From assembly GCF_001194135.2 (NCBI RefSeq), contig NC_068986.1:11970375-12010709 (forward strand): a DNA stretch of 40,335 nucleotides, written 5' to 3'. A program made the position numbers and the translations under genes. The DNA comes from Octopus bimaculoides (taxonomy: Eukaryota). The notes under the pieces were generated by a model that saw only the letters and a program-made list of their open reading frames with translations, ran no database searches and was not told the DNA's origin. This document shows positions 22,687 to 34,779 of this stretch, one piece after another (the first letter of the stretch is position 1; every line of letters begins with the position of its first letter).

Positions 22687-23846
22687 NNNNNNNNNNNNNN
22701 NNNNNNNNNNNNNNNNNNNNNNNNNNNNNNNNNNNNNNNNNNNNNNNNNNNNNNNNNNNNNNNNNNNNNNNNNNNNNNNNNNNNNNNNNNNNNNNNNNNN
22801 NNNNNNNNNNNNNNNNNNNNNNNNNNNNNNNNNNNNNNNNNNNNNNNNNNNNNNNNNNNNNNNNNNNNNNNNNNNNNNNNNNNNNNNNNNNNNNNNNNNN
22901 NNNNNNNNNNNNNNNNNNNNNNNNNNNNNNNNNNNNNNNNNNNNNNNNNNNNNNNNNNNNNNNNNNNNNNNNNNNNNNNNNNNNNNNNNNNNNNNNNNNN
23001 NNNNNNNNNNNNNNNNNNNNNNNNNNNNNNNNNNNNNNNNNNNNNNNNNNNNNNNNNNNNNNNNNNNNNNNNNNNNNNNNNNNNNNNNNNNNNNNNNNNN
23101 NNNNNNNNNNNNNNNNNNNNNNNNNNNNNNNNNNNNNNNNNNNNNNNNNNNNNNNNNNNNNNNNNNNNNNNNNNNNNNNNNNNNNNNNNNNNNNNNNNNN
23201 NNNNNNNNNNNNNNNNNNNNNNNNNNNNNNNNNNNNNNNNNNNNNNNNNNNNNNNNNNNNNNNNNNNNNNNNNNNNNNNNNNNNNNNNNNNNNNNNNNNN
23301 NNNNNNNNNNNNNNNNNNNNNNNNNNNNNNNNNNNNNNNNNNNNNNNNNNNNNNNNNNNNNNNNNNNNNNNNNNNNNNNNNNNNNNNNNNNNNNNNNNNN
23401 NNNNNNNNNNNNNNNNNNNNNNNNNNNNNNNNNNNNNNNNNNNNNNNNNNNNNNNNNNNNNNNNNNNNNNNNNNNNNNNNNNNNNNNNNNNNNNNNNNNN
23501 NNNNNNNNNNNNNNNNNNNNNNNNNNNNNNNNNNNNNNNNNNNNNNNNNNNNNNNNNNNNNNNNNNNNNNNNNNNNNNNNNNNNNNNNNNNNNNNNNNNN
23601 NNNNNNGAAACGAAAAACGAAAACGAAAATCGTGTAATTAACAAGCTCGATTTGCAACCACGTACCTTTGGGTTCATCCCCATTGCACGGTGCTTTGAGC
23701 GAGTGTCTTCTACTATGGTTCTGGGCCGACCAACAGGCATATTCATTATGTACATTATTTACATTTGATGGATATTTGTCCTCATCTTGTCTTGTGGAAA
23801 TTTCGAACCTGGGTTCTCATTCTTAAGGTATTTTTCGATGTTATTA

Positions 23847-24063
23847 GGCGCAGGAGTGGCTGTGTGGTAAGTAGCTAGCTTCCCAACCACATGGTTCCGG
23901 GTTCAGTCCCACTGCGTGGCACCTTGGGCAAGTGTCTTCTGCTATAGTCTCTGGCCGACAAAAGCCTTGTGAGTAGATTTGGTAAACGGAAACTGAAAGA
24001 AGCCAGTCGTATATATGTATATGTTTGTGTGTCTGTGTTTGTCCCCCCAACGTCGCTTGACAA
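23847..24063 (+). mobile_element. Main SINE, 5' half
   Basis: Near-identical to 16133-16370 and ends in an inverted junction. Confidence 0.92.
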
Positions 24064-24351
24064 TGTTGGGGGGACAAAGGCAGATATGAATAAAGGCAGA
24101 TATACATAAACACTCGATCGTCAAGCGGGCAAGACAACAGACTAGAAATGTAGGCATCCAAAACGAAAGGCAACATTAGAAAACTCGACAACGCAATGGA
24201 TATGCAAACGTATAATAATAATGACGACTTCCCTTACCGTTCTATTTGGTCGTACAATCCAACTCCGTAACAGCTTAACACTTAGGTGAAGTGACAATAC
24301 ATACAGGTATGAAAGTCATGTCGCTTTTAAATATTGACACAAGGCCAGCAA

Positions 24352-24480
24352 CTTATTTTACCGACTCCGAAAGGATGAAAGTTGACCTTGGCGGAATTTG
24401 AACTCAAAACGTAAAGATAGACGAAAGACCGCAAAGTATTTTCTCCCGTCGTGCTAACGTTTCTGCCAGCTCACCGCCTT
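24352..24480 (-). mobile_element. SINE (fourth type), 5' part
   Basis: Diverged reverse complement of 24520-24655. Confidence 0.85.
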
Positions 24481-24519
24481 GAGGTAGGAGAACAATGTTG
24501 GTTTAATATTGCCTATAAC

Positions 24520-24754
24520 AAGGCGGCGAGCTGGCAGAAACGTTAGCACGCCGGGCGAAATGCTTAGCGGCATTTCGTCTGCCGTTACGTTCTGAGTTCA
24601 AATTCCGCCGAGGTGGACTTTGCCTTTCAGCCTTTCGGAGTCGATAAATTAAGTACCAATTACACACTGGGGTCGATGTAATCGACTTAATCCCTTTGTC
24701 TGTCCTTGTTTGTCCCCTCTACGTTTAGCCTCTTGTGGGTAGTAAAGAAATAAG
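24520..24754 (+). mobile_element. SINE (fourth type), full length, followed by the start of a second unit (24755-24778)
   Basis: Head aaggcggcgagctggcagaaacgttagc, B-box-like gagttcaaattcc, tail taaagaaataag. aaacgctagcacgccgggcgaaat repeats 24538-24561. Confidence 0.88.
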
Positions 24755-24774
24755 AAACGCTAGCACGCCGGGCG

Positions 24775-24822
<48 letters not shown>

Positions 24823-24849
24823 ATGTGTGTGTGTGCGCGTGTCTTTGTA

Positions 24850-25060
24850 TCTGTGTTTGTCTCCCCCCACCACCACCGCTTGACAACTGGTGTTGGTGGG
24901 CTGGCGTCTGCGTGATCTAGCGGTTCGACACAAGAGAACGACACAGTAAGTACCAGACCTTAAATAATTTAAATACAAGGATCGATTCATTCGGCTAAAC
25001 ATTCCTGAAGTCGGTGCCCCAGCATGGCCGCAGTCTAATGACTAAAACAAATAAAAGATA
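24850..25060 (+). mobile_element. Diverged 3' half of the main SINE
   Basis: ...ccccagcatggccgcagtctaatgactaaaacaaataaaagata tail. Confidence 0.75.
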
Positions 25061-25071
25061 GCATTACTATA

Positions 25072-25164
25072 CAGTAATCCCTCGACTAACGCGGGTGTTA
25101 CATTCCATCCCCATCCCCGCAATAGGTGAAAGTCAGTGAAGTAGAAACAGTACTGTACTGTATG

Positions 25165-25165
<1 letters not shown>
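25072..25165 (+). mobile_element. Tigger/pogo-type left end (TIR)
   Basis: TA|cagtaatccctcgactaacgcggg, a typical pogo/Tigger terminal motif after a TA site. Confidence 0.6.
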
Positions 25166-25230
<65 letters not shown>

Positions 25231-25368
25231 TTATAATTTGTATATATTTATTTTATTATAAATGTAAAACAACCCCACGCGCTCGTCTCCCGAGTTTCGT
25301 TTTCCATACAGTATGTGCGATTCTTTGTTTACTCATCTACGGTACACTACGTATTTTCTTTTAATATA

Positions 25369-25618
25369 GGAGGGTGAGTCAAAAAGTAATGCCATTTTGT
25401 TTAGGACAAGTATAATTACCAACACAGGAACATGTATCATACATCAAAATTAAGCTGGTCCTCAGTGGATCACATCCCTACTTCTCAACATAGTCACCGT
25501 TTCTCTCAATAGCAATGTTCCACCTTCGAATGAGAGCATGTATCCCTGCCTCGTAAAATTCTTTTGACTGTTCTTTGAGCCACTTCTTCACTACAGTTTT
25601 CACTTCCTCATCACTTGC
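25369..25618 (-). mobile_element. mariner transposon 3' end
   Basis: Minus strand translates SDEEVKTVVKKWLKEQSKEFYEAGIHALIRRWNIAIERNGDYVEK* (25478-25618). TIR-like gagggtgagtcaaaaagtaatgcc follows a TA. Confidence 0.88.
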
Positions 25619-25735
25619 TTGGCAGACGGTCAGCCCATCATTTAAATATGTTTTTATTAAATATTGTTACTATTTTTGTTGAATAAAATTTGTTGAAAAA
25701 AAAAAAGTCGCAATAATTATGCACCAACCCAATAG
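25619..25735 (+). mobile_element. Second mariner 3' end (Hsmar1/Made1-like TIR)
   Basis: aaaagtccgcaataattatgcaccaacccaa|TA resembles the reverse complement of the cecropia-type TIR tattaggttggtgcaaaagtaattgcgg. Confidence 0.7.
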
Positions 25736-26404
25736 CTGAGGAAAACAATAAAGTGGCAACGTGAAGTGCATTGTGTATCATAAGATGTTAAATTGTATGA
25801 TAAGAAGAACCTTTGGCTCAGTCCTTCTATCAGATAAAACAAGTTGAAGTACAATTAGACGTCATAATACAACAGGCAGTCTATTATTCTTATTAATAAA
25901 TTAGCTGATATCATTTAAAACTAGCAAACAATATAGTCACGCGCTCGTCCGTATGCAAGCACCTCCAGGTATTTACCTGTGTGTCTATGTGTAAGAATGT
26001 GTATGGATGATGTACACATTGCTGTACATATGTCTACCTATGTGTGCGTGAATAAATGTCTTTACGCGCGTGCGTGCGCGTGCGTGCGCTTTCGCAAATG
26101 CTTGTGTATTTGTGTGTTCGGGAAATCTTATATTATTTGTGTATGTATCTTTGTATGTGCGCGTATGTATCTCTGTGTGTAGGTATCTGTGTGTGATTGT
26201 GTTTGTGTTTGTGTGTGTGAGTGTATGTGCATGGTATTGTGTACATGTGTGTGTGTGTGTGTTGTTTTATGGTTTCTTTCAGTTTTTCTTCCAAGAAATA
26301 AAAGATGATCCCTACCGATTTCCATAGTTGTTTTGACTCTGCTATGGAAACCTTTTGAGGAAATTAAAACTTAGCAAATAATGTGGTTTAGACGGTAAGT
26401 TCCT

Positions 26405-26608
26405 TATTTCTTCATTGCCCATAAGGGGCTAAACATAGAGGGGACAAACAAGGACAAACAAAGGGATTAAGTCGATTACATCGACCCCAGTGCGTAACTG
26501 GTACTTAATTTATCGACCCCGAAAGGATGAAAGGCAAAGTCGACCTCGGCGGAAATTGAACTCAGAACGATTACGTTTGTGCTAACGTTTGTGCAAGCTC
26601 GCCGCCTT
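26405..26608 (-). mobile_element. SINE (fourth type) with a 12-bp target-site duplication
   Basis: Homologous to 24520-24754. cggtaagttcct occurs at 26393-26404 and 26609-26620. Confidence 0.92.
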
Positions 26609-26815
26609 CGGTAAGTTCCTGATGAACGACAATTGTTAACTTGGTTTGGTTATGATGAGAGCTTTTAGTTTGTTAGTCTCTTCTGGTGATCTCACTCCAG
26701 AAGAGATTAAGAGATTAATAATCTCTCTCTTTCTACCCCCGTTATGTCGTCTACGAAGAGTCACCCAGGCGAAGATGAATTTTGGGATCACTACTGACGT
26801 CATCAATTGGGATAA

Positions 26816-27110
26816 CCACGGGAAAACTGGAGAGGTGGTGGTAAACTATTAGTATCAGAAATATACTTAGGAAGAGAGGAGTTTATTTTACAGAGAACTC
26901 TATGGGAGTGATAATTAAAGATATACTTATTGTCCTGGTCTTATTTGAATTAACATTAGATTTACTGTAGAGTTAATTGTTCTATTAGAATTTTGAGCCT
27001 AGTGATAAGGATGTAATACCAGAGATATTTTATCAGAATAAGCATGACTAGGTTACAGTAAAGAAGTGCGATTGCTAAAGATATTTTCATTTGCGGAGAG
27101 ATTGAAAATT
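26816..27110 (+). pseudogene. Heavily decayed LINE apurinic-endonuclease-like fragment
   Basis: One frame gives PRENWRGGGKLLVSE...IYCRV...DIFICGEIE, echoing the RxDRxxGGGV, IYxP and IIxGDFN motifs. It has many stops. Confidence 0.35.
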
Positions 27111-28775
27111 GTAATAGAAACACTAGAAACGATGCGACTTAAGACAGGCCTAGGATGGGTGGATTTAACATTAACAAATTGGAGGCATTCATTAGTTTTG
27201 CGAAAGAGAAAATATAAACTTGAATTTAAAATGTAAAGTGATGTCCAGAAAGTTAGCTACTTTAAAACTGTTATCGACGCTAAAAGATAATTGTAAAATA
27301 AATGTAAACGTTTTTCCTTTTGTCAATGACGAAGTTCTCAAGTGCTTTTTGAAATACAAACATACATTTACATGTGGTGAGTAGTAGTAGTAGTAGTATC
27401 ATCATCAGCAGTAATAGTTGTAGTAGTAGTAGTAGTAGTAGTCTTGCGAAACCATACACGCACATATATGATTAATCATTTCAAACACACTTTATGCACC
27501 GTTATAAACACATTTGTTATGTCCTTTGATAGTATCATGTCGCAGAAAATGTCAACGAACTGCGTCACAGATATCTGTGACTTAGTCTTTGACACAATTC
27601 CACTGAATCTCTGAAATGGATTCAGTGGAATTGTGTGAGTGACCAAATGGCGGGAGACGGCGAAAATTCTTCACATATTAAAATACATAACACTAGAATT
27701 AAACAAACCAAAGAAGAATGTAAAAATAAGGGTATGTGTGTGTGTGTGTGTGTGTGTGATTGTGTGTGTGTGGTTTAAATTATTATTTATAACATAGTCT
27801 TAGATTAATTCATTAAATAAAAAAAATATTACTCCAATATATATATATATANNNNNNNNNNNNNNNNNNNNNNNNNNNNNNNNNNNNNNNNNNNNNNNNN
27901 NNNNNNNNNNNNNNNNNNNNNNNNNNNNNNNNNNNNNNNNNNNNNNNNNNNNNNNNNNNNNNNNNNNNNNNNNNNNNNNNNNNNNNNNNNNNNNNNNNNN
28001 NNNNNNNNNNNNNNNNNNNNNNNNNNNNNNNNNNNNNNNNNNNNNNNNNNNNNNNNNNNNNNNNNNNNNNNNNNNNNNNNNNNNNNNNNNNNNNNNNNNN
28101 NNNNNNNNNNNNNNNNNNNNNNNNNNNNNNNNNNNNNNNNNNNNNNNNNNNNNNNNNNNNNNNNNNNNNNNNNNNNNNNNNNNNNNNNNNNNNNNNNNNN
28201 NNNNNNNNNNNNNNNNNNNNNNNNNNNNNNNNNNNNNNNNNNNNNNNNNNNNNNNNNNNNNNNNNNNNNNNNNNNNNNNNNNNNNNNNNNNNNNNNNNNN
28301 NNNNNNNNNNNNNNNNNNNNNNNNNNNNNNNNNNNNNNNNNNNNNNNNNNNNNNNNNNNNNNNNNNNNNNNNNNNNNNNNNNNNNNNNNNNNNNNNNNNN
28401 NNNNNNNNNNNNNNNNNNNNNNNNNNNNNNNNNNNNNNNNNNNNNNNNNNNNNNNNNNNNNNNNNNNNNNNNNNNNNNNNNNNNNNNNNNNNNNNNNNNN
28501 NNNNNNNNNNNNNNNNNNNNNNNNNNNNNNNNNNNNNNNNNNNNNNNNNNNNNNNNNNNNNNNNNNNNNNNNNNNNNNNNNNNNNNNNNNNNNNNNNNNN
28601 NNNNNNNNNNNNNNNNNNNNNNNNNNNNNNNNNNNNNNNNNNNNNNNNNNNNNNNNNNNNNNNNNNNNNNNNNNNNNNNNNNNNNNNNNNNNNNNNNNNN
28701 NNNNNNNNNNNNNNNNNNNNNNNNNNNNNNNNNNNNNNNNNNNNNNNNNNNNNNNNNNNNNNNNNNNNNNNNNNN

Positions 28776-29304
28776 TTGCGTATGGTGGGACTGAGAAGGG
28801 ATTATCCATTACGAATTGTTTGAACGGAACCAAATGGTCAACGTGGAACTCTATGTTCAACAGATGGAACGACTCAACACGGCTATTCAAGAGAAAAGAC
28901 CTAATCGGCAGCATGGAATTCTTCTGCTGCACGATAACGCCCACCCTCATATCGCCAAAATGACCATGTAAGCCATTCAAACGCATGGCTGGGAAGTGCT
29001 ACCATACCCACCATACTCTCCTGATTTGGCACCAACCGATTTCCACCTCTTTCGATCTCTTTCGAATGCTATGCGCGGAGTTTCGTTCAATACTGATGCA
29101 GAATTGAGACCTTGGTTGGTTCAATTTTTCGAGTCGAAATCGGGGGATTTCTACCAACGAGGTATTGAAAATCTTGTTGAACGTTGGGAATAAGTTGTAA
29201 ACAAGGGTGAATACATTATTGATTAATTAGTTATTTTTTTTTATTAAACCTTTTAAAAAATTCAAATTTAAAACAACGGTGGGAACTTAGTTGCCAGCCC
29301 AATA
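28776..29304 (+). mobile_element. mariner (DD34D) transposon fossil, 5' half in gap
   Basis: CVWWD*EGIIHYEL...LLHDNAHPH...EVLPYPPYSPDLAPTDFHLF...ERWE*: 34 residues between the catalytic D and D, with three internal stops. The right TIR ends ...gggaacttagttgccagcccaa|TA. Confidence 0.95.
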
Positions 29305-29402
29305 CAAAAATTAATTACAAATCAACTCATTTTGCATGTATGTATGTATGTATGTACGTACGTATGTATGTATGTATGTATGTATGTATGTATGTATGTA
29401 TG

Positions 29403-29454
<52 letters not shown>

Positions 29455-29682
29455 CATCTGTCTGTCTGCCTCTATCCTCACATATAACGCTGAAAATAAC
29501 CGAAACTGCAGTTCACATAAAGGGCCAAAGAAATTCACGCACACACACGCACACACATATCCAGCATACACTTATAAACACACACATACCCCCAGACGCA
29601 CACACACACACATACTCAAAACGAAAAAGCAAAAAATTACATTTAAAATGACATTCCCAGTAAATTTCAGTAGTACGTGGTG

Positions 29683-29778
<96 letters not shown>

Positions 29779-30712
29779 GCATCCACAGAGTCAAACACAG
29801 GGAAATATAAAAGCATCTCTTTCAAAAAAAAAAAACCCAACAAAATATAAACAATCCAAAAACAAACAAACATGGGAGTCAAATTGCCACTTCATGTTAT
29901 ATCTCAGGAAGCGGAAGTGGCTGGTTATTTTAGGCACTTGATCGTCACCCAGAAGTCACCAATGAATACAAAGTAGAGACAGGAAACGAATCATTTCAAA
30001 TCGCGTCTCTACTTCTTCTCCTTTTCTTTTTCTTTCTCTTTTTTTTTATTATTTCGTCTTCAAATTTATGACGACATCCTCTTCCAGCTTTTGTTTGCCG
30101 AGGCGTCTCGATACGAAACACAAATATTAGCTCTTTGCTCCTTCTCTCTCACTCACTCTCTTGTTTTCGTTCTTCCTCTCTTTCTACCCATTCTTTCTCC
30201 ATTTCTCTCCTTTTCTCTTCCCCCTACCCTAGCCTCTCTTCCCTTTACTGTCTCTGCCCATTCCCCCTTCTCTCTGATCCTCTCTTCCCCCCTCTCCGCT
30301 TCTCATTTCTCTTCCCCAACGTCTTCACTCTTACACACCACAACATGTTGAGTTCCTTTCTTTGTCATTTGTCCTTATTTCTCTCTCCCCCCTCTCTGTC
30401 TCTCTTACGAACCCACATTCACACGCACACACGCATTCAGAGAAACACACGCATACACATAAACACAAACGAATAAACACACACGAATTGTTACACATAC
30501 ACACACATACACAAAAACACAAACACGAATAGTAACACTGGTAGGAACAAAGCACAATAACCACACGTTTATATATTCTGATCTGTGTCCGTGGAAAACA
30601 AGCGTTGGGTGAAAAATATTCAGCTTTTGCAGAAAAAAATATTGAATGAGATTCTTTTATAAACAACTATGTTTGTCTGCCTTTATCAGGGAAATTACTG
30701 TACAAGGAAAAT

Positions 30713-30800
<88 letters not shown>

Positions 30801-31163
30801 CACACACGACACATGATTCATTATATTCCTGGGTGTTGATGATAGGCAAGAAGCTAGAAATGTATTCACCTGTCGCGGCCTATGATTATTGGACTGATCG
30901 GTGGTGGTGGTGATGAATAAAAATATGTTTCTTGAGCTGCGTATGGAACTGAGCAACACACACATACACATACACACACGCGCGCAGACACTCGTCTTCT
31001 ATTCCTCAGCTTAGCCTCCTTGGTACAACGTATTTTGCAGCATAAATAATTGCTGCTTTCCATAAAGCCGTGCACGGACCTGCACCCTGGAAGTCACTCC
31101 GATATCACCATACTACGATTGCACAGTGCGACCAACTCTCTCTCTGTAGTCGCTAGAAGCTTG

Positions 31164-31183
31164 AGTGCCACCTGGGGGGCACT
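31164..31183 (-). promoter_or_regulatory. CTCF-like motif
   Basis: Minus strand CCCCCAGGTGGCACT closely matches the CTCF core CCASYAGRKGGCRS. It lies in apparently non-repetitive sequence. Motif match only. Confidence 0.4.
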
Positions 31184-31562
31184 AGAAACACATTAGTGGG
31201 TCTAGAGACAGAGTTTGAGCTATACTTTTTTAAAGTGCTGATCCATAGCCAAGTTTAATTAGCGGAATCATCCACAACCAACTAATATGGTAAGATTGGA
31301 AGGTTTCGGCTGTAATTTCTGACCAAGGTATACTCAGTCGTTTGTAGATGACCGCTACTTTTTGCAATGTTTCACGGGAAGTTGTCTCTTTCAGTACATC
31401 TGAAGAAGCAATTTACCACAGAAACATCCAGATGTCCCAGAACAGAACTACAAGTTTCATACAAGCTTTGATATATTCAAAATTCATTATTATAGTTTAT
31501 TTCACATACACATTCGTCCTATGCTCTAACTAATTACTCTCTCTCTTTTACTTGTTTCAGTC

Positions 31563-32510
31563 ATTTTTTCTTATATTTGCTGCCCTTCCATACCAAATAT
31601 CACATTAACTTATTCTTTTGTTTCTTGATGTCATAAGTTATTGAAGAAGCGATGTTATTATGTTCACCGAAAGTAGCGTTTTGGTTTTCGCTTCTTTTCA
31701 AATGTATTATTTCAATTTCCTGTTTCAATGCAGGCGTTACATGATCTCTTTTCATACCGTTCCCAAAGTGGCTGCTATTAATTGTATTAGAAGACATTGT
31801 CATAAATAGATGCATAATATATAAAGAGATAAAGGCAGGCAGAAAGTGCTAAGGTGTGGGTCACAGCTTGACAGTAAATAGTGAGGAAGTGACGTCAGAG
31901 GCCAGTGACCGCAATAAAGAAAAATATGGAAGAAGACGAAGCGCAAAAATGTCCCGGACAATTGATCTGCCGAACTATTGAAATGCGGACTAATGAAACT
32001 TTACAACGCATGCGTGCACATACACACACATACACATCAACACACACACACGCGGGCACTGACACATATACACACGGACGTGCGCATACACACGCACACA
32101 CACATACATAGACACACACATACATAGACACACACATACGTAGACACACACAGGCACCTGTAAGTACGAACAGATTCCTGTTTCTGTCTACTAATTCGTT
32201 TCCTAAGTCATTGGCCAACTGAAGTAGAAGACATTTGTCCAAGGTGACATGCAGTGGGAACGAACCCGAAACTTCTTGACCACACAGCCATGCCTGCACC
32301 TGGTCATTAATAATTTCGCTCCTCGAACAATATATAATCTGACAAAGTAGAATTTATAATTTTCATATCTCTTTTCTTCTTCCTCTCTCGTCCAGTTTTT
32401 TCTGGTCCCTGGAAGTTACTGTGGCGACCGAGAAAGCGGCAAAAGGTTGTACAAGCTTTTGTCACTTGAATCCAATAACTTACCGATGTCACACAACCAT
32501 TTCATTTCAC
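31563..32510. repeat. Left arm of a large inverted duplication
   Basis: 31563-32035 matches the reverse complement of 36795-37287 closely. 32150-32510 matches 35625-35975 more loosely. Confidence 0.9.
31600..31815 (-). pseudogene. Tigger/pogo (CENP-B/psq-type HTH) transposase N-terminal fragment
   Basis: MKRDHVTPALKQEIEIIH...NIASSITYDIKKQKNKL resembles the KRxxxTLxQKxEII...NIxxSTxYDIKKQKxKL start of Tigger/Jerky proteins. Confidence 0.65.
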
Positions 32511-32626
32511 TTCTTGGTCTGTTTTGTCCGGAAACGTCACATCTGCGCACATGCAGGAGCGGAAGTAAATCGGAACAATCCGGTTGAATGCAAAGACAGC
32601 CATTATTCTGACAAGACAGACAATCA

Positions 32627-33251
32627 TGATATATATATGTTTGTTTGTATGTATGTATGTGTGTATGTGTATCTGTCTGTCTGTATGTATGTGCGTGTAT
32701 GTATGTATGTGTGTGTGCCTGTGTATGTATGTATGTATGTATGTATGTGTGTGTGTGTATATGTGTGTATGTATGTATGTATGTATGTATGTGTATCTGT
32801 CTGTCTGTATGTATGTGTGTATGTATGTGTGTGCCTGTGTGTATGTATGTATGTATGTGTGTATGTGTGTGTGTATGTGTGTGTATGTATGTATGTATGT
32901 ATGTGTGTGTATCTGTCTGTCTGTATGTATGTGTGTGTATGTATGTATATGTGTGTGTGCCTGTGTGTATGTATGTATGTATGTATGTATGTATGTATGT
33001 ATGTATGTGTGTGTGTATGTGTGTGTATGTATATATGTGTGTGTATCTGTCTGTCTGTATGTATGTATGTATGTATGCATGTATGTATGTATGTATGTAT
33101 ATATGTATATATGTATGTATGTGTGTATGTATGTATGTACGTGTATGTATGTATGTGTGTGTGCCTGTGTGTGTATGTGTATGTATGTATGTATGTATGC
33201 ATGCATGTGTATCTGTCTGTCTGTATGTATGTATGCATGTATGTATGTATG

Positions 33252-33285
<34 letters not shown>

Positions 33286-33305
33286 TGTACGTGTATGTAT
33301 GTATT
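32627..33305. repeat. Long (TATG)n/(TG)n compound microsatellite with recurring gtatctgtctgtctg and gtgcctgtg units
   Basis: Direct inspection; higher-order unit repeats are visible. Confidence 0.95.
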
Positions 33306-33699
33306 TTTCTTGGAGTTTCATTTCACTTCTTATGAGAGTTCAAGTCGGTCGCTAACAAAGCGACAGGAGTTATGAGAGTTCCTGGTGTTTGTAAATATGT
33401 GGTTGAGTTGATGTGTTGGTTGCACTGTCGATGCATACGCCCACGTGTGTGCATCTATTCACATAAGAATCTCACATGGAAAATTTTCGGAATGTCTTAC
33501 ATGTCTACACTGTGCCACTTAATAGATTGGATTTGGAGAATCCGCGCAAGTTGCTTTTGCTCTTTTTCCGTGAAATCGAGTGTATGTATGTATGTATGTA
33601 TGTATGTATGTATGTATGTATGTATGCGTGTTTGTCGCTTTACTTTATGAGTTTGATGTTTTTAACAAAGAAGCTCTGTTGCATTGGTTCCCCAATTGT

Positions 33700-34302
33700 G
33701 CGTGGAGAGGGAGCAAACGTAAGATTAACCGCCCCACCAAGGAAATCACAGAAGGAACAAGAAAAAGAAGGATAATTTATAGAACTGTCTCTCTTAAAAT
33801 AAAGACAATAGAGATAGCGTCTTCCGAAGAAATTGAAAAGGCCTTAAAGCTTATTTTGTTCAAAGTGGCATTCATGAAAAGAGGAAAGAAATTCGGTACC
33901 GTTGGGGTAGAATTCATGTCAGAACACGACGCTAGGGATGATTCCGTGATCACCCTGCAGACGAAAGAGCTGGCTCTTTGACCGTCATACCTTGGCAAAA
34001 GAACCACAAAAATCGCAATAGAAAGTTATCCACCTGAAATTAGATTGGCGTAGCTTCTGGTAGCCGCTTGCTTCTATATGAAGGAGGAGGTGTTTCTGCT
34101 GGGGTTCGAGTAGAAAAAAGTGCAGAACTGCTGTGACAGGAGTCTTCGGGTGAAATTTCAAGTCACACCAGCGGAACTGGAGGAAATTCCTGAATTTATA
34201 ATTCTGCCGGATGAAACAAAACTAAGAGTCTCGGTCCAGAGCAGAGTGCAAAGATGTTTCGATTGCGGCCTGAAGGGGTACATAAGGAAAACATGCCCCT
34301 AG
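33700..34302 (+). pseudogene. LINE ORF1 fossil (Tx1/L1-like) with a decayed zinc knuckle
   Basis: One long frame broken by stops: ...KRGKKFGTVGVEF...YLGKRTTKIAIESYPPEI...IPEFIILPDETKLRVSVQSRVQRCFDCGLKGYIRKTCP, i.e. C-x2-C-x4-[H to Y]-x4-C at 34255-34296. Confidence 0.7.
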
Positions 34303-34779
34303 ACACTTCAAGCTGAAGCATATGGAAAAAAAAACACGATGAACAACAGGAACAGCAGAGAAAGCCTTACTTAGGCTTTCAAGTGAGGAGGAAACGAAGC
34401 AGAAAGAGGCGGAGGAGACAGTGGAGAAGGAGAATTGAACGCTGGAGGAAGCTGGACCGTCCTGATCTACCGAGGTAAGTGAAAGGGAATGGTCATTTGC
34501 AGGGAGGAAGTAGAAAAAATGTTCTCGTTCTCTTCCTCCAAAAAAAGATAAAAAAACATAAAAACTTAAAAATGAATTCACAAGAACAGATACGAATGCA
34601 GACAAATGACATTGCAAACGCAGACAGCAGAAAAGAAAAAGTTACCCCCACCCAAAAGAACACTGAATATACAACATAAGGAACACACAGCAAAGACAAA
34701 GTGACAAAAATAGAACAACTGTTTAAAAACTCTTTCTAAAAATATTCAATGACGTTATTTGGAGGGTGACGTTCGAGTT

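Noticed and set aside
32410-32620. RTE-like C-terminal relic (minus), mirrored at 35610-35740
   Set aside because: The similarity (GQNRPRSEMKWLCDIG) is too weak to list as a separate feature without an alignment.
32416-33375. 200-300 aa ORFs on both strands (MYVC/HTYI repeats); similar ORFs at 17415-17988
   Set aside because: They are translations of (TATG)n/(TG)n microsatellites, not genes.
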